Assembly (NCBI RefSeq): GCF_009914755.1
Contig: NC_060941.1
Length of the DNA stretch: 64,000 bases
Origin: the human T2T-CHM13v2.0 reference genome, Homo sapiens
Reading direction: 5' to 3' (one strand)
Shown: one piece after another, positions 53,088 through 64,000 of the stretch
Numbering within the stretch: position 1 is the first letter of the stretch
Layout of the letters: every line of letters begins with the position of its first letter
Notes under the pieces: model-generated
Databases searched by the model: none
Seen by the model: the letters and a program-made list of their open reading frames with translations, nothing else
What the model was told of the DNA's origin: nothing
Translations under genes and position numbers: made by a program

Positions 53088-53457
53088 TTTGGAAACTATT
53101 AGAGAGCCTAAAAACCATATATTCAGATTTATTTAATAAGTACAGCAGTTCTGAGATTCATTTTGAAATTCTGGCCCACTTATGAATATGACACAATGTA
53201 CTACTATTTTAGAAACTGAAGGTTTCTCTTGGAGATTTTTTTTAAGATAGGTCTTTCTATTTAGGGGAGTAGATAGATTATTGTTGTCCAGTGAAATATA
53301 AACCAAACCTAAGACAACCTCTTTACTCAAACAAATGCTGTTTGTTGAAATGATATAAAGAATCATTTAGGTCTCTGCTTCAAATCTGGGGAAAAACAAA
53401 AACAAAAGGAAAATTATGATGTTAAGCTAAAAATGTTTAACCTGCATACCTTCTTAA

Positions 53458-53478
53458 TCTCTCTCTCTCCTTCTCTCT

Positions 53479-53532
<54 letters not shown>
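53458..53532. repeat. (TC)n(TG)25 microsatellite
   Basis: Read directly. Confidence 0.95.
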
Positions 53533-53533
<1 letters not shown>

Positions 53534-54339
53534 TGTAGCATTGAAAATAGGTAAAAGGAAGAAATTACTGCCTTTACTCAGAAATATTCCATAGTAGCTT
53601 TAGGAAAAATAGTATGTACAATATTATCATTTTGAAAGCAAGCTATCAGCTGCTTAAAATATTTTAACAATATCAACCTAGCATTTTCTAAATTCTTAAT
53701 AAAATTCTTTTTTGTTGTAGCCTTTACCTACCCTGAGAAAAAACATACAATACTATTCATCCTCTATTATAATGTCCCTGATGATTTCCAAATGTTTCTT
53801 TGCTATGCAGCAGAAGTATATGATTTCTGATCCAGATGCTTTAAAAAGCAATTCTAACAAAGAAACTTAATCTGAACTGAACTTGGCACGGATTCCAAAA
53901 ACCTATAGGATGATGTTTTGGAAGCTGCTCAAACAAAAGTTGAAACAGAAATATGCATCCACAACCATATATCTCTGGCTGTTATTAATAAATGAAGGAT
54001 ACAGACTTTTTCCATAAGTGTGGGTGAATAGAAGTTAATGCTTATAAAATACAGTTTAAGTATCAAAACAGTATTTGAGATTGATGCTTTTTCTTTTAAA
54101 GCAAAAGCATTTGTTTAATTCACAAGAAGGTAAAAATCAAATAAAGAAATGTTATACTTGTTCTTTGAAAGATATTCAGAAACTCCAGTGCCCAACCGCA
54201 AGAAAGGAGTTATTTTCTTTATAATATGTAGCACATTTATGGCATAAAAGTCTACAAAATATTAATATAGAGAGATAAGGGTATTTGGAGTCAGTTTCTT
54301 CCAGTGAACAAGAATAAGTCAGGTACACAGGTTTGCAGA

Positions 54340-54770
54340 CTCATTTTGGAGTCCCAGAAGGAGAGGAGAGGAAGAATGGGCCAAAACAATATTTGAAGAG
54401 ACAATGCCTGAGAATTTTAGAAACTCAGAAAATATATCAAGCCACATATTCAGGAACTGCTACATACCCCAGGAACAATAAACATAAAAAATCGTACACT
54501 AGTAAAATCATAGTAAAGTGTTAAAAATCAAAGGCAAAGAGAAAAATCCTAAAAGTAGTCAGAGGAAAGGACACATGACATTTCAATGTAAACAATGGAA
54601 GTCAGAAGACAATAGATTGTTATTTTCAAAGTGCTTAAAGATAGTAACTCCAACCTAGAATTCTATCCTCAGTGAAAATATCTTTCAAAAATGAATGTGA
54701 AAGAATATTTTCAGACAATTAAACACTGGAAGAATTGATTACCAGCAGTCCAACACTAAAATAAATACTA
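54340..54770 (+). mobile_element. Old L1 ORF1 fragment
   Basis: The GVPEGEER motif and degenerate ORF1 3' sequence. Confidence 0.7.
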
Positions 54771-55056
54771 CTATATAAAAAATATAATTTATTTTTGTAC
54801 ATTGACTGTGTATCATGAACCCTTATTAAACCCACCGATTAGTTCTAGTAGCTTTTTGGCAGATTCCTTAGGATTTTTTTACATAGGTGATCATGTTGTC
54901 TATGAATAAAAACAGATTTACTTATTGCTTTCCAATCTGTATGACTTTTTTTCCCCTTCCTTTGTTGCACTGGCTATGGCTTCCAGTACAATGTCATATA
55001 GAAGTGATGATGGCAGACATCTTACTTTGTTTCTGATATAAGGGGAAAGCATTTAA

Positions 55057-55363
<307 letters not shown>

Positions 55364-55656
55364 TAGCCAGGATGGTTTCAATCTCCTGACCTCATGATCC
55401 ACCTGCCTTGGCCTCCCAAAGTGCTGGGATTACAGCCATGAGCCACCGTGCCTGGCCCGAGTGCTTTTTCTGCATCTATTGAGATAGATGCATGATTTTT
55501 CTTTTTTAGACTATTAATAGGATGATTACATTGATTACCTTTTAAATAATCATGGATTATTTTTTAAAACTCACAGATTCATAGAAAGTTGCAAAGATAG
55601 AACACAGAGGTCCTGTATATCCCACTTTCCTCTATTACAGTTTCATCTGTAATATG

Positions 55657-55850
55657 AAATGTGGAAAACCACAGAACTCTGATAAAAGAAATCAAAGATC
55701 TAAATAAATGTAGAGATAGTCCATGTTCATGGATTGAGAGTTACACTGTTAAGATGTCAGATCTTCCCAGCATAATCTATAGATTAAGATGGAATCCCAG
55801 TCAATATCTCAGCAGCTATTTTGTGGTTACCAACAAACTGATTCCCAGTT
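55657..55850 (+). repeat. Inverted near-identical copy of L1 sequence at about 58326-58522
   Basis: Long exact shared runs, such as ACTGTTAAGATGTCAGATCTTCCCAGCATAATCTATAGATTAAGATG. Confidence 0.92.
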
Positions 55851-56136
55851 ACATCTTATATAATTATAGTAAAATACCAAAACCAGAATACTAACATTGA
55901 CATGAAGTGTATGTACAGTTCTATGCCATTTTATAACATATGTAGATTCATGTAACCACCACTGCAATAAAGATACAGAATGATTCCAAGTCCATCACTA
56001 AAAAGATCTTCCTCATGCTACATCTTTATACCCATTTCCCTCCCTGCCACCATTTCTAACCTCTGGAGACCACTGATTGTTTTTTATCTTTATAATTTTG
56101 TCATTTGAAGAGTGTTATATAATGGCATCACATAGT

Positions 56137-56789
56137 ATGTGTTCTCCAGAGAGACAGAAGTGATAGGATATAAAGAGAGAGATATAAAAAGAAATTTATT
56201 AAGGGTATTGGCTTGCTTGACTATGGAGGCAGAGAAATCCCACAATATGCTGTTTGCAAGCTGAAGAAGCAGGAAAGCTGTTAGCACAGCTCAGTCCAAG
56301 TCTAAAAGCCTCAGAACAAACTAAGCCAATAGTGTAACTCTCAGTCCGAGGCCAAAGGCCCAAGAGCCTGGCGGGAGGGACTGGTGTGAGTCCCAGAGTC
56401 CAACAGCCAGACAACCTGGAGTTCTGATGTCCAAGTGCAGGAGAAAAAGGGAATCTTGGCTCCAAAAGAGAGAGAGAGGAAATTTGCTGAAATCCTCCAC
56501 CTTTTTGTTCCATCTAGGTCCCCAGCTGATTGAATTATGCCCACCCACAGTAAGAGCAGATCTTTCTCACTCAGTCCACCAGCTCACATGCCAATCTCTT
56601 TTGGAAACACCTCACAGACACACTTGGATCAGCCCAATCATTCTAATTAAAAGTGAAACCACCTAGTCTCCCCTTCAGCAGAAGAGAGATGGGCTCAGTG
56701 CCTACCGAAGCACTGAGAATACATAATGCTTTACCAGCTATCTGGGTATCCCTTAATTCAGTTAAGTTGACACTCAAAATTAATCATCA
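56137..56789 (-). mobile_element. MLT2B-like ERVL solo LTR
   Basis: GTTCTCCAGAGAGACAGAA...AATTTATTAAGGG at one end and CAGTTAAGTTGACACTCAAAATTAATCATCA at the other. Confidence 0.85.
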
Positions 56790-59700
56790 AAGTATGTGAC
56801 CTTTTGACATTGGCTTTTTTTTCACTCAGCATATGCCGTTGAGATCCATCCAAACTGGGTATGTATCAATAGTTCACTCCTTTTTATTGTTGAGTAGTAT
56901 TCCGTGGTATGTAGGTAGCACACATTGTTTAACCATTTACCTATTGTAGAACATTGTGGTTGCTTCTGGTTTCTGGCTATTACACACAAAGCTGTTATGA
57001 ACAATCGTGTATACGTTTTTGTGTGGACATAGGTTATCATTTTTCTGAGATAAGTCCCAGGAGTGCAATTGTTGGGCTGCATGGTAAGTACATGTTTGGT
57101 TTATTAAGAAATTGCCAAAATATTTGCCAAAGTAGCTGTAACATTTTACATCCTCTCCATCAATTTATAATAGATCCAGTTTCTTTGCATTCTTGTTAGC
57201 ATTTGATATTGTCATTATTTTTTACTGTAGTCATTTTGATAGGTGTGTAGTGATATGTCATTGTGGTTTAATTTGTATTTCCCTAATTCCTCATGATGTT
57301 GAACATCTTTTCATGTGCTTATTTGCCATCTGTATATCTTCTTTGGGGACATGTCTCTTCATGTCTTTTTCACATTTTTTAATTGGATTGTTCAATCTTT
57401 TTAACTGTTGAGTTTTGAGAATTGTTTATTTATTCTAGATACCAGTCCTCTATAAGACACTTGGTTTGCAAATATCCCCCAATCCCGTACACTGTAGCTA
57501 ATTCTTCCATCCTCTTCATATGAGCTTTCAAAGAACAAAAGTCTTATTTTAATTGAAATCAAGTTTAGAGAAACAATTTATTGATTTTTTTACTATGGAT
57601 TTTGCTTTTGGTGTCAAATAACTCTTTGTCTAGCTCTGGATCCCAAATTTTCTCCTATGTTTTTTCGTTAAAGTTTTATAGCTTTTTATTTTACATTTAA
57701 GTTCATGATTCACTCTGAGTTAATTTTTACAATTTTTGTATGAGATTTAGGTCAAGGTTTATATTTTTACCTAAGGATGTTCAATTGCTCCAGCATCATT
57801 TGTTGAAGAGATTATCTTTCCTCCATTGAATTGCTATAACACCTTCCTCAAAAATCAGTTAAATATATTGCTGTGGAAATATTTTTGAATTCTCCATTGT
57901 GTTTTATTGATCTGTGTCTATCCCTCCAGCAATATGTCTCTGTCTTGCTGAGATGAGAGATATTGTCTTGTCTTATTATTGTTATATAATAAGTCTTAAT
58001 GTATGGTAAAGTGATTCCTCCCATTTTATTCTCTTGTCAAGCTACTAGTCTGTTGCCTTTTTGAAGAATTTTATCTATATTTATCACAACTCTTGCTGGA
58101 TTCACAGTAAATTTATATATCAATTTAAGGAGAACTGACATCTTTACTGTGGTTAGTCTTCCTATCTTGTGAACATGTATCTCACCATTTATTTAGATCT
58201 TCTTTGATTTATTTCATTAGTATTTTGTAGTTTTTGACATACAAGTCCTATACATGTTTTATTAGATTTGCATCTAGGTATTTCATTGTTAAAGTGATTT
58301 TAAGTGGTGTTGTATTTTCCACACAAACTGTAGAATCAGTTTGTTGGTTACCACAAAATAGCTGCTGAGATATTGACTGGGGTTTCATCTTAATCTATAG
58401 ATTATGCTGGGAAGATCTGACATCTTAACAGTATGACTCTTTCAATCCATGAACATGGACTAACTCTCCATTTATTTAGATTTTTAATTTCTTTTATCAG
58501 AGTTCTGTTGTTTTCCACATTTAGATTTTATACATACATTGTTAGACTTATACTTATGTAATTCATTATATTGGTACTATTATAAATGTTTTTTAAGATT
58601 TTGAATTCCAATTGTACATTGCTGGCAATAGAAGCAATCAACTATTGTACATTAACTTTGAATCCTTCAACTTTGCTATATTTACTTATCAGTTCTAGCA
58701 GATGTTTTTCAATTCTTGGGATTTTCTACATAGCTATACATTCATGTCATTAGCTAATAAAGACAGTTTTGTTTCTTCCTTTCTAATAAAAGGTATGCAG
58801 GTTGATTTTATTTCCTTTTCTTATCTTATTGTAAAGCTAGAATGTCCAGCATGAACTTGAATAAAATGGCAAGAGATGATATCTTTACCTTTCTTCCAGT
58901 CTTCAGAGAAAAGCTATCTAGTTTCTCATCACTAGGTATGATATTAGCTGTAGGGTTTTTTTCTAGATGTTCTTTATCAAGTTGAGGAGTTTACAGAGAA
59001 TTTTTATCATGGAATGTGTATAAAATTTTATGCATCTTTTTTATGCACCAATTGATATGACTGTATGATTTTTCTTCTTTAGATTGTTGATATTGTGGAT
59101 TACATTGATTTTCAAATGTTGAACCAGGCTTGCATAGTTATGGTGTTAACACTTTTTACATATTGTTAGATTTGACTTACTGATATTTTGGTGAGTATTT
59201 TTGCATCTATATTTATAAGAGATATTAATGTGTCATTTTCTCTTTTTTTTTAACGGACTTTGTGTGGTTTTGGTAGTGGGTATATTAACTCTGTAAAATG
59301 AATTGAGAATGTTCATTTCTCTTCTATTTTCTGGAAAAGATTGTGTAGAATTGATGTTAATTCTTGAAATGTTTGGCAAAACTCTCCAGTGAAACCATCT
59401 GGGCCTGAAGATTTCTTTTTCTGATGTCTTAGAATTATAAATTCCATTTCCTTAATATTTACAATGCTATTCAAATTATTTATTCCATATTAGATGAGTT
59501 GCAGTAATTTGTGCCTTTCAGAGAATTGGTCCCTTCAATTTGTCAAATTTATATGTAGAGTTGTTTTTAGTATTCTCTTATTTTCACCTGCAGGCTCTGT
59601 AGCAATATCTCTGTTTCATTATTGACATTGGTAACCTGTGTCTTCTCTTTTTCTGTCAGTCTTGCCAGAGTTTTGTCAATTTTATTGATCTTTCTTAAAA

Positions 59701-60725
59701 AAACTTTTCCTTCATTGATTTTTTCTTTTTTCTTTTTGTTTTTTTTCTTTTTCTTTTCTTTGTTTTTTTTTTTGAGACAGAGTCTCACTCTGTTGTCCAG
59801 TCTGGGGTGCAGTGCAATCACAGCTCACTGTAGCCTCGACCTCTCAGGCTCATGCAATCCTCCCATCTCAACCTCCCAGGTAGCAGGAATTTCAGGCACA
59901 TGCCACTACACCCAGCTAATTTTTAATTTTTTTGTAGAGAGGCAGGCTTACTATGTTGCCCAGGCTGGTGTTGAACTCCTTGGCTCAAGCAAGCCTCCCA
60001 CCTTAGCTTCCTGAAGTGCTGGGATCACAGGCATGAGCCATGGTAATATCCACCCAGCTATTTTTTTTTAATTTCATTGATTTCTTGTGTTTATTATATA
60101 TTTTCTTATGCTTGCTTTGGGTTTATTTTGTTCCTCCTTTTCTAGTTTCCTAAGGTGAGAAGTTTGATTACTGATTTGAGACTTCTTTTCTGATGTAAAC
60201 ATTAAGTGCTATAAATTTCCCTTTCAGAGCTGCTTTAGTTGAGTCCCATAAATTATGGTATATTGTATTTTCATTTTCATCATGTTCATTCACTGCAATA
60301 TATATTTTATATATATATATATATACATATATATATTTCCATTGAGCCTTCCTCATTGACCTGCAGATTATAGTATTTAGAGTCAGTTGCTTAGTTTCCA
60401 GTGCTTAAAGATTACCCTGTTATTTCCTTTCTCTTTCTGCTATTTGTTTCCATTGGTTTCTAGTTTGATTCCATTTTGGTCAATCATCATGTGGTTTCAA
60501 TTCTTTTAAATTTATTGACTTTTAAAAATAGTCCAGGGTATAGTCTATCTTGGTATATGATCTGTGGCTGCTTGAAAAGAATGTATAGGGCAGGCACGGT
60601 GGCTAACACCTGTAATCCCAGCACTTTGGGAGGCCAAGGCATGTGGATCATCCGAGGTCAGGTGTTCGAAACGAGCCTGGCCAACATGGTGAAACCCCAT
60701 CTCTACTAAAAATACAAAAAAATTA

Positions 60726-60869
<144 letters not shown>

Positions 60870-63800
60870 TCAAAAAAAAAAATTAAAAAAAGAAAAAAAA
60901 GAAAAAAGAAAAGAATGTATACTCTGTTGTTTGGTGTTGAGCAAATGCTTTTCCTGCTGGTTCATGGTTTTTTGAGCTCTTCTATATCGTTGCTGATTTT
61001 CTATCTAGGTATTCTATCAACTGCTGAGTATAATGTTAAAATCACCAATAACTGTGTGACTATTTTTCCTTTTAGTTCTATCAGTTTTGTCTTCACATAT
61101 TTTGCCCTTCGGTAGCTTTGTGCATACACATTTAGAATTGCTCTGTCTTCTTGGTGGGTTGACCCTTTTATTATTGTGTAATTTCCCTCTTTTTTCCTGG
61201 TAATTTCATTTACCCTAAAGTCTACTTTGTCTGATAGCGCATTACTATATTTTTTCTGCTGTCCTTCTTTCCTGAATAATATTGTCCTGGATATAGAATT
61301 CTGAATCAACAGTTCTTTTCTTTCAGTACTTGAAAAATATTGTTCCACTTTCTTATAGCCTCCGTAACCTCTGATAAGAAATCTGTTCTCACTTGAATTG
61401 CTTTTCTTATAGAGTAAGTGTAATTTCTTACACATTTCATTCTTTTTTTCTTTAGTTTTCAGAAGTTTGACTATGATGTCTTCATGGATCTTTGGTTTAT
61501 CCTGTTTGACGGTCGCTGTTTCTTGAATATGAATGTATATGTCTTTTGCTAAATTTGGAAATTCTTCAGCCATTATTTTGTAGAATACATTTTCAGTAAG
61601 GTGTTTCATTTGGGAATTATAAAAGTATCTTTTAAAATAATTTCTAATAGAATTCCATTATAGTCAAAGCACAAACTTATTTGAAATCTTTTAAATTTAT
61701 TGAGAGTTGTTAATGGCCCAGAATATGGTTAGTGTGGTGAATATTCCATGTGAAATTGAAAAAGAAAAAAAAGTATATCCTGCTGTTGCTTGGTGAGTGT
61801 TTTTTTAAAATATCTTTATTAAGATATAAGTCATAAGCAATAAAAATCACACAGAGTTTAATGTTTATATTCACAGAGTTGTGTAACCATCACCACAAAT
61901 TAATTTTAGAATATTTTAATTCCCCTCTAAACAACATCCCATACCCATTATCATCCAATTCCCTTGGCTATCCCAGTCCTAAGCAACCACTATTTTAACT
62001 TCTTTCTGTTTCTACAGTTTAAAAATTGAGATATAATTCACATATTATGCAAAAACAAAATTTACCCATTGAAAGTGTACAATTTGGTGGTTTTCAGTAT
62101 ATTCACAAGGTGGTGCAACTGTCACCACTATCTAATTTCAGAATATTTTCATCACCTCAAAAAGAAACCCCATAGCCACTTGCAGCCACTTCCCATTTCC
62201 TTCTAATCCTCCCAGCCCTAGGCAATCACTACTTTTTGTTTTTATGGATTTGCCTATTTTGGACATTTCATATAAATGGAATACAATATGTGGTCTTTTG
62301 GGACTGGCTTTTTCTCTTAGCATAATGTTTTTAAGGAACATCTGTGTTGTAGCATGTATCAATACTTTATTTCCTTTTATTGCTGAGTAATAGTCCATTA
62401 CACAGATATACATTTTATTTATATATTCTTTAGTTGATGGAGATTTAAGTTGTTTCCATTTTTTGCTATTATGCATAATGTTGCTATGAACATTTATGTA
62501 CAAATTTCTGTGTGGACATATGTTTTTATCTCTTCTGAGTATTGACCTAGGAATAGAATTGCTGAGTCGTATAGGAATTCTATGTTTAACTTTTTTGAGA
62601 ACTGCCAAACTGTGTTCCACAGCAGCTGCACCGTTTACATTCCCACCAACAATGTAGGAGGTTTCCAATCACTCTGCATCCTCAACAACACTTGTCTTTT
62701 TAGTTACAGCCATCCCAGTGGGTGTGAAGTGGTCTCATTGTGGTTTTGCATTTCCCTAATAAATAGTAATGTTAGCATCTTCCTATGTGCTTATTGGCTA
62801 CTTTTACATTTCCTCTGGAGAACTGTCCATTTGGAACATTTAACCCATTTAAAATTGGGTTATTTGCTTTTTTTATTATTACATTGTAAGAATTCTTTAT
62901 ACATTCAGAATATGAATTTCTTAATAGATATATATTAGCAAATATTTGATTGTATTCTGTGGGTTGCCTTTTAAAATTTCTTGATGATATTGTATGCAGC
63001 ACAAAAGTTTGGGGTTTTTTTCGTTTTTTGTTTTTGAGATGGAGTCTCGCTCTGTCACCCAGGCTGGAGTGTAGTGGTGTGATCTTGGCTCACTGCAGCC
63101 TCTGCTTCCCAAGCTCAAGTGATTCTTCTGCCTCAACCCCCCAAGTAGCTGGAATTATAGGCATGTGCCACCACGCCTGGCTAAGTTTTGTATTTTTAGT
63201 AGAGACAAGGTTTCATCATGTTGGACAGGCTGGTCTCAAACTCCTCAAGTGATCTGCCTGCCTTGGCCTCCCAAAGTGCTGGGATTACAGGTGTAAGCCA
63301 CTGCGCCCAGCCATTTGTAGCACAAAAGTGGGCTGTTTTTTTTTTGTTGTGTGTGTTTTTTGTTTGTTTTTTTTGTTTTTTTTTTTGAGACAGAGTCTCA
63401 CTCTGCCACCCAGGCTGGAGTGCAGTGGCATGATCTCAGCTCACTGCAGCCTCTACCTCCCAGGTTCAAGCAATTCTTTTTTTTTTTTTGGGACGGACTC
63501 TTGCTCTGTCACCCAGGCTGGAGTGCAGTGGCACGATTTCAGCTCACTGCAGCCACCACCTCCCGGGTTCAAGCAATTCTCTGCCTCAGCCTCCTGAGTA
63601 GCTGGGATTACAGGCGCCAACCATCACACCTGGCTAATTTTTGTATTTTTAGTAGAGACGGGGTTTCACCGTCTTGTCCAGGCTGGTCTTGAACTCCTGA
63701 CCTTGTAATCTACCCACCTCAGCCTCCCAAAGTGCTAGGATTACAGACATGAGCCACTGTGCCTGGCTGGTTCAAGCAATTCTCCTGCCTCAGCTTCCCG

Positions 63801-64000
63801 AGTAGCTGAGATTATAGGCGCCCACCATCACACCCAGTTAATTTTTGTATTTTTAGTAGAGATGGGGTTTCACCATGTTGACCAGGCTGGTCTCGAACTC
63901 TTGACCTCAGGTGATCCACCCGCCTCGTGCTGGAATTACAGGCGTGAGCCATTGTGCCCAGCCAGCACAAAAGTTTTTCATTGTGATGTAGACCAACTTA

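Noticed and set aside
61001-61609. 202-aa minus ORF
   Set aside because: A chance fusion of decayed, frameshifted L1 ORF1 and ORF2 endonuclease remnants.

Overview
Human genomic DNA; the human-specific AluYb8 at 40.2 kb fixes the species. The only recognisable gene is the intronless retrogene NACA2 on the minus strand (ATG at 26037). From memory of the reference, that places the window in the gene-poor interval of 17q23.2 between TBX4 and BRIP1. This haplotype carries a premature TGA at codon 197, which truncates the C-terminal UBA domain, plus I64 and R174. The rest is roughly 35 Alus, L1, L2 and MIR fragments, several ERVL/MER21 LTRs, a MARNA mariner relic and microsatellites. A few repeat-poor unique blocks have Hox, Pitx and T-box-type motifs and may be distal enhancers. 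Structural oddities seen directly are a perfect 40-bp palindrome, three local inverted duplications, a twin-primed L1, an Alu with an extra 5' segment inside its TSDs, an MST LTR end embedded in an Alu and a triple-Alu insertion hotspot. I found no convincing wholly new biological system. Repeat boundaries and subfamily calls are by eye and approximate.
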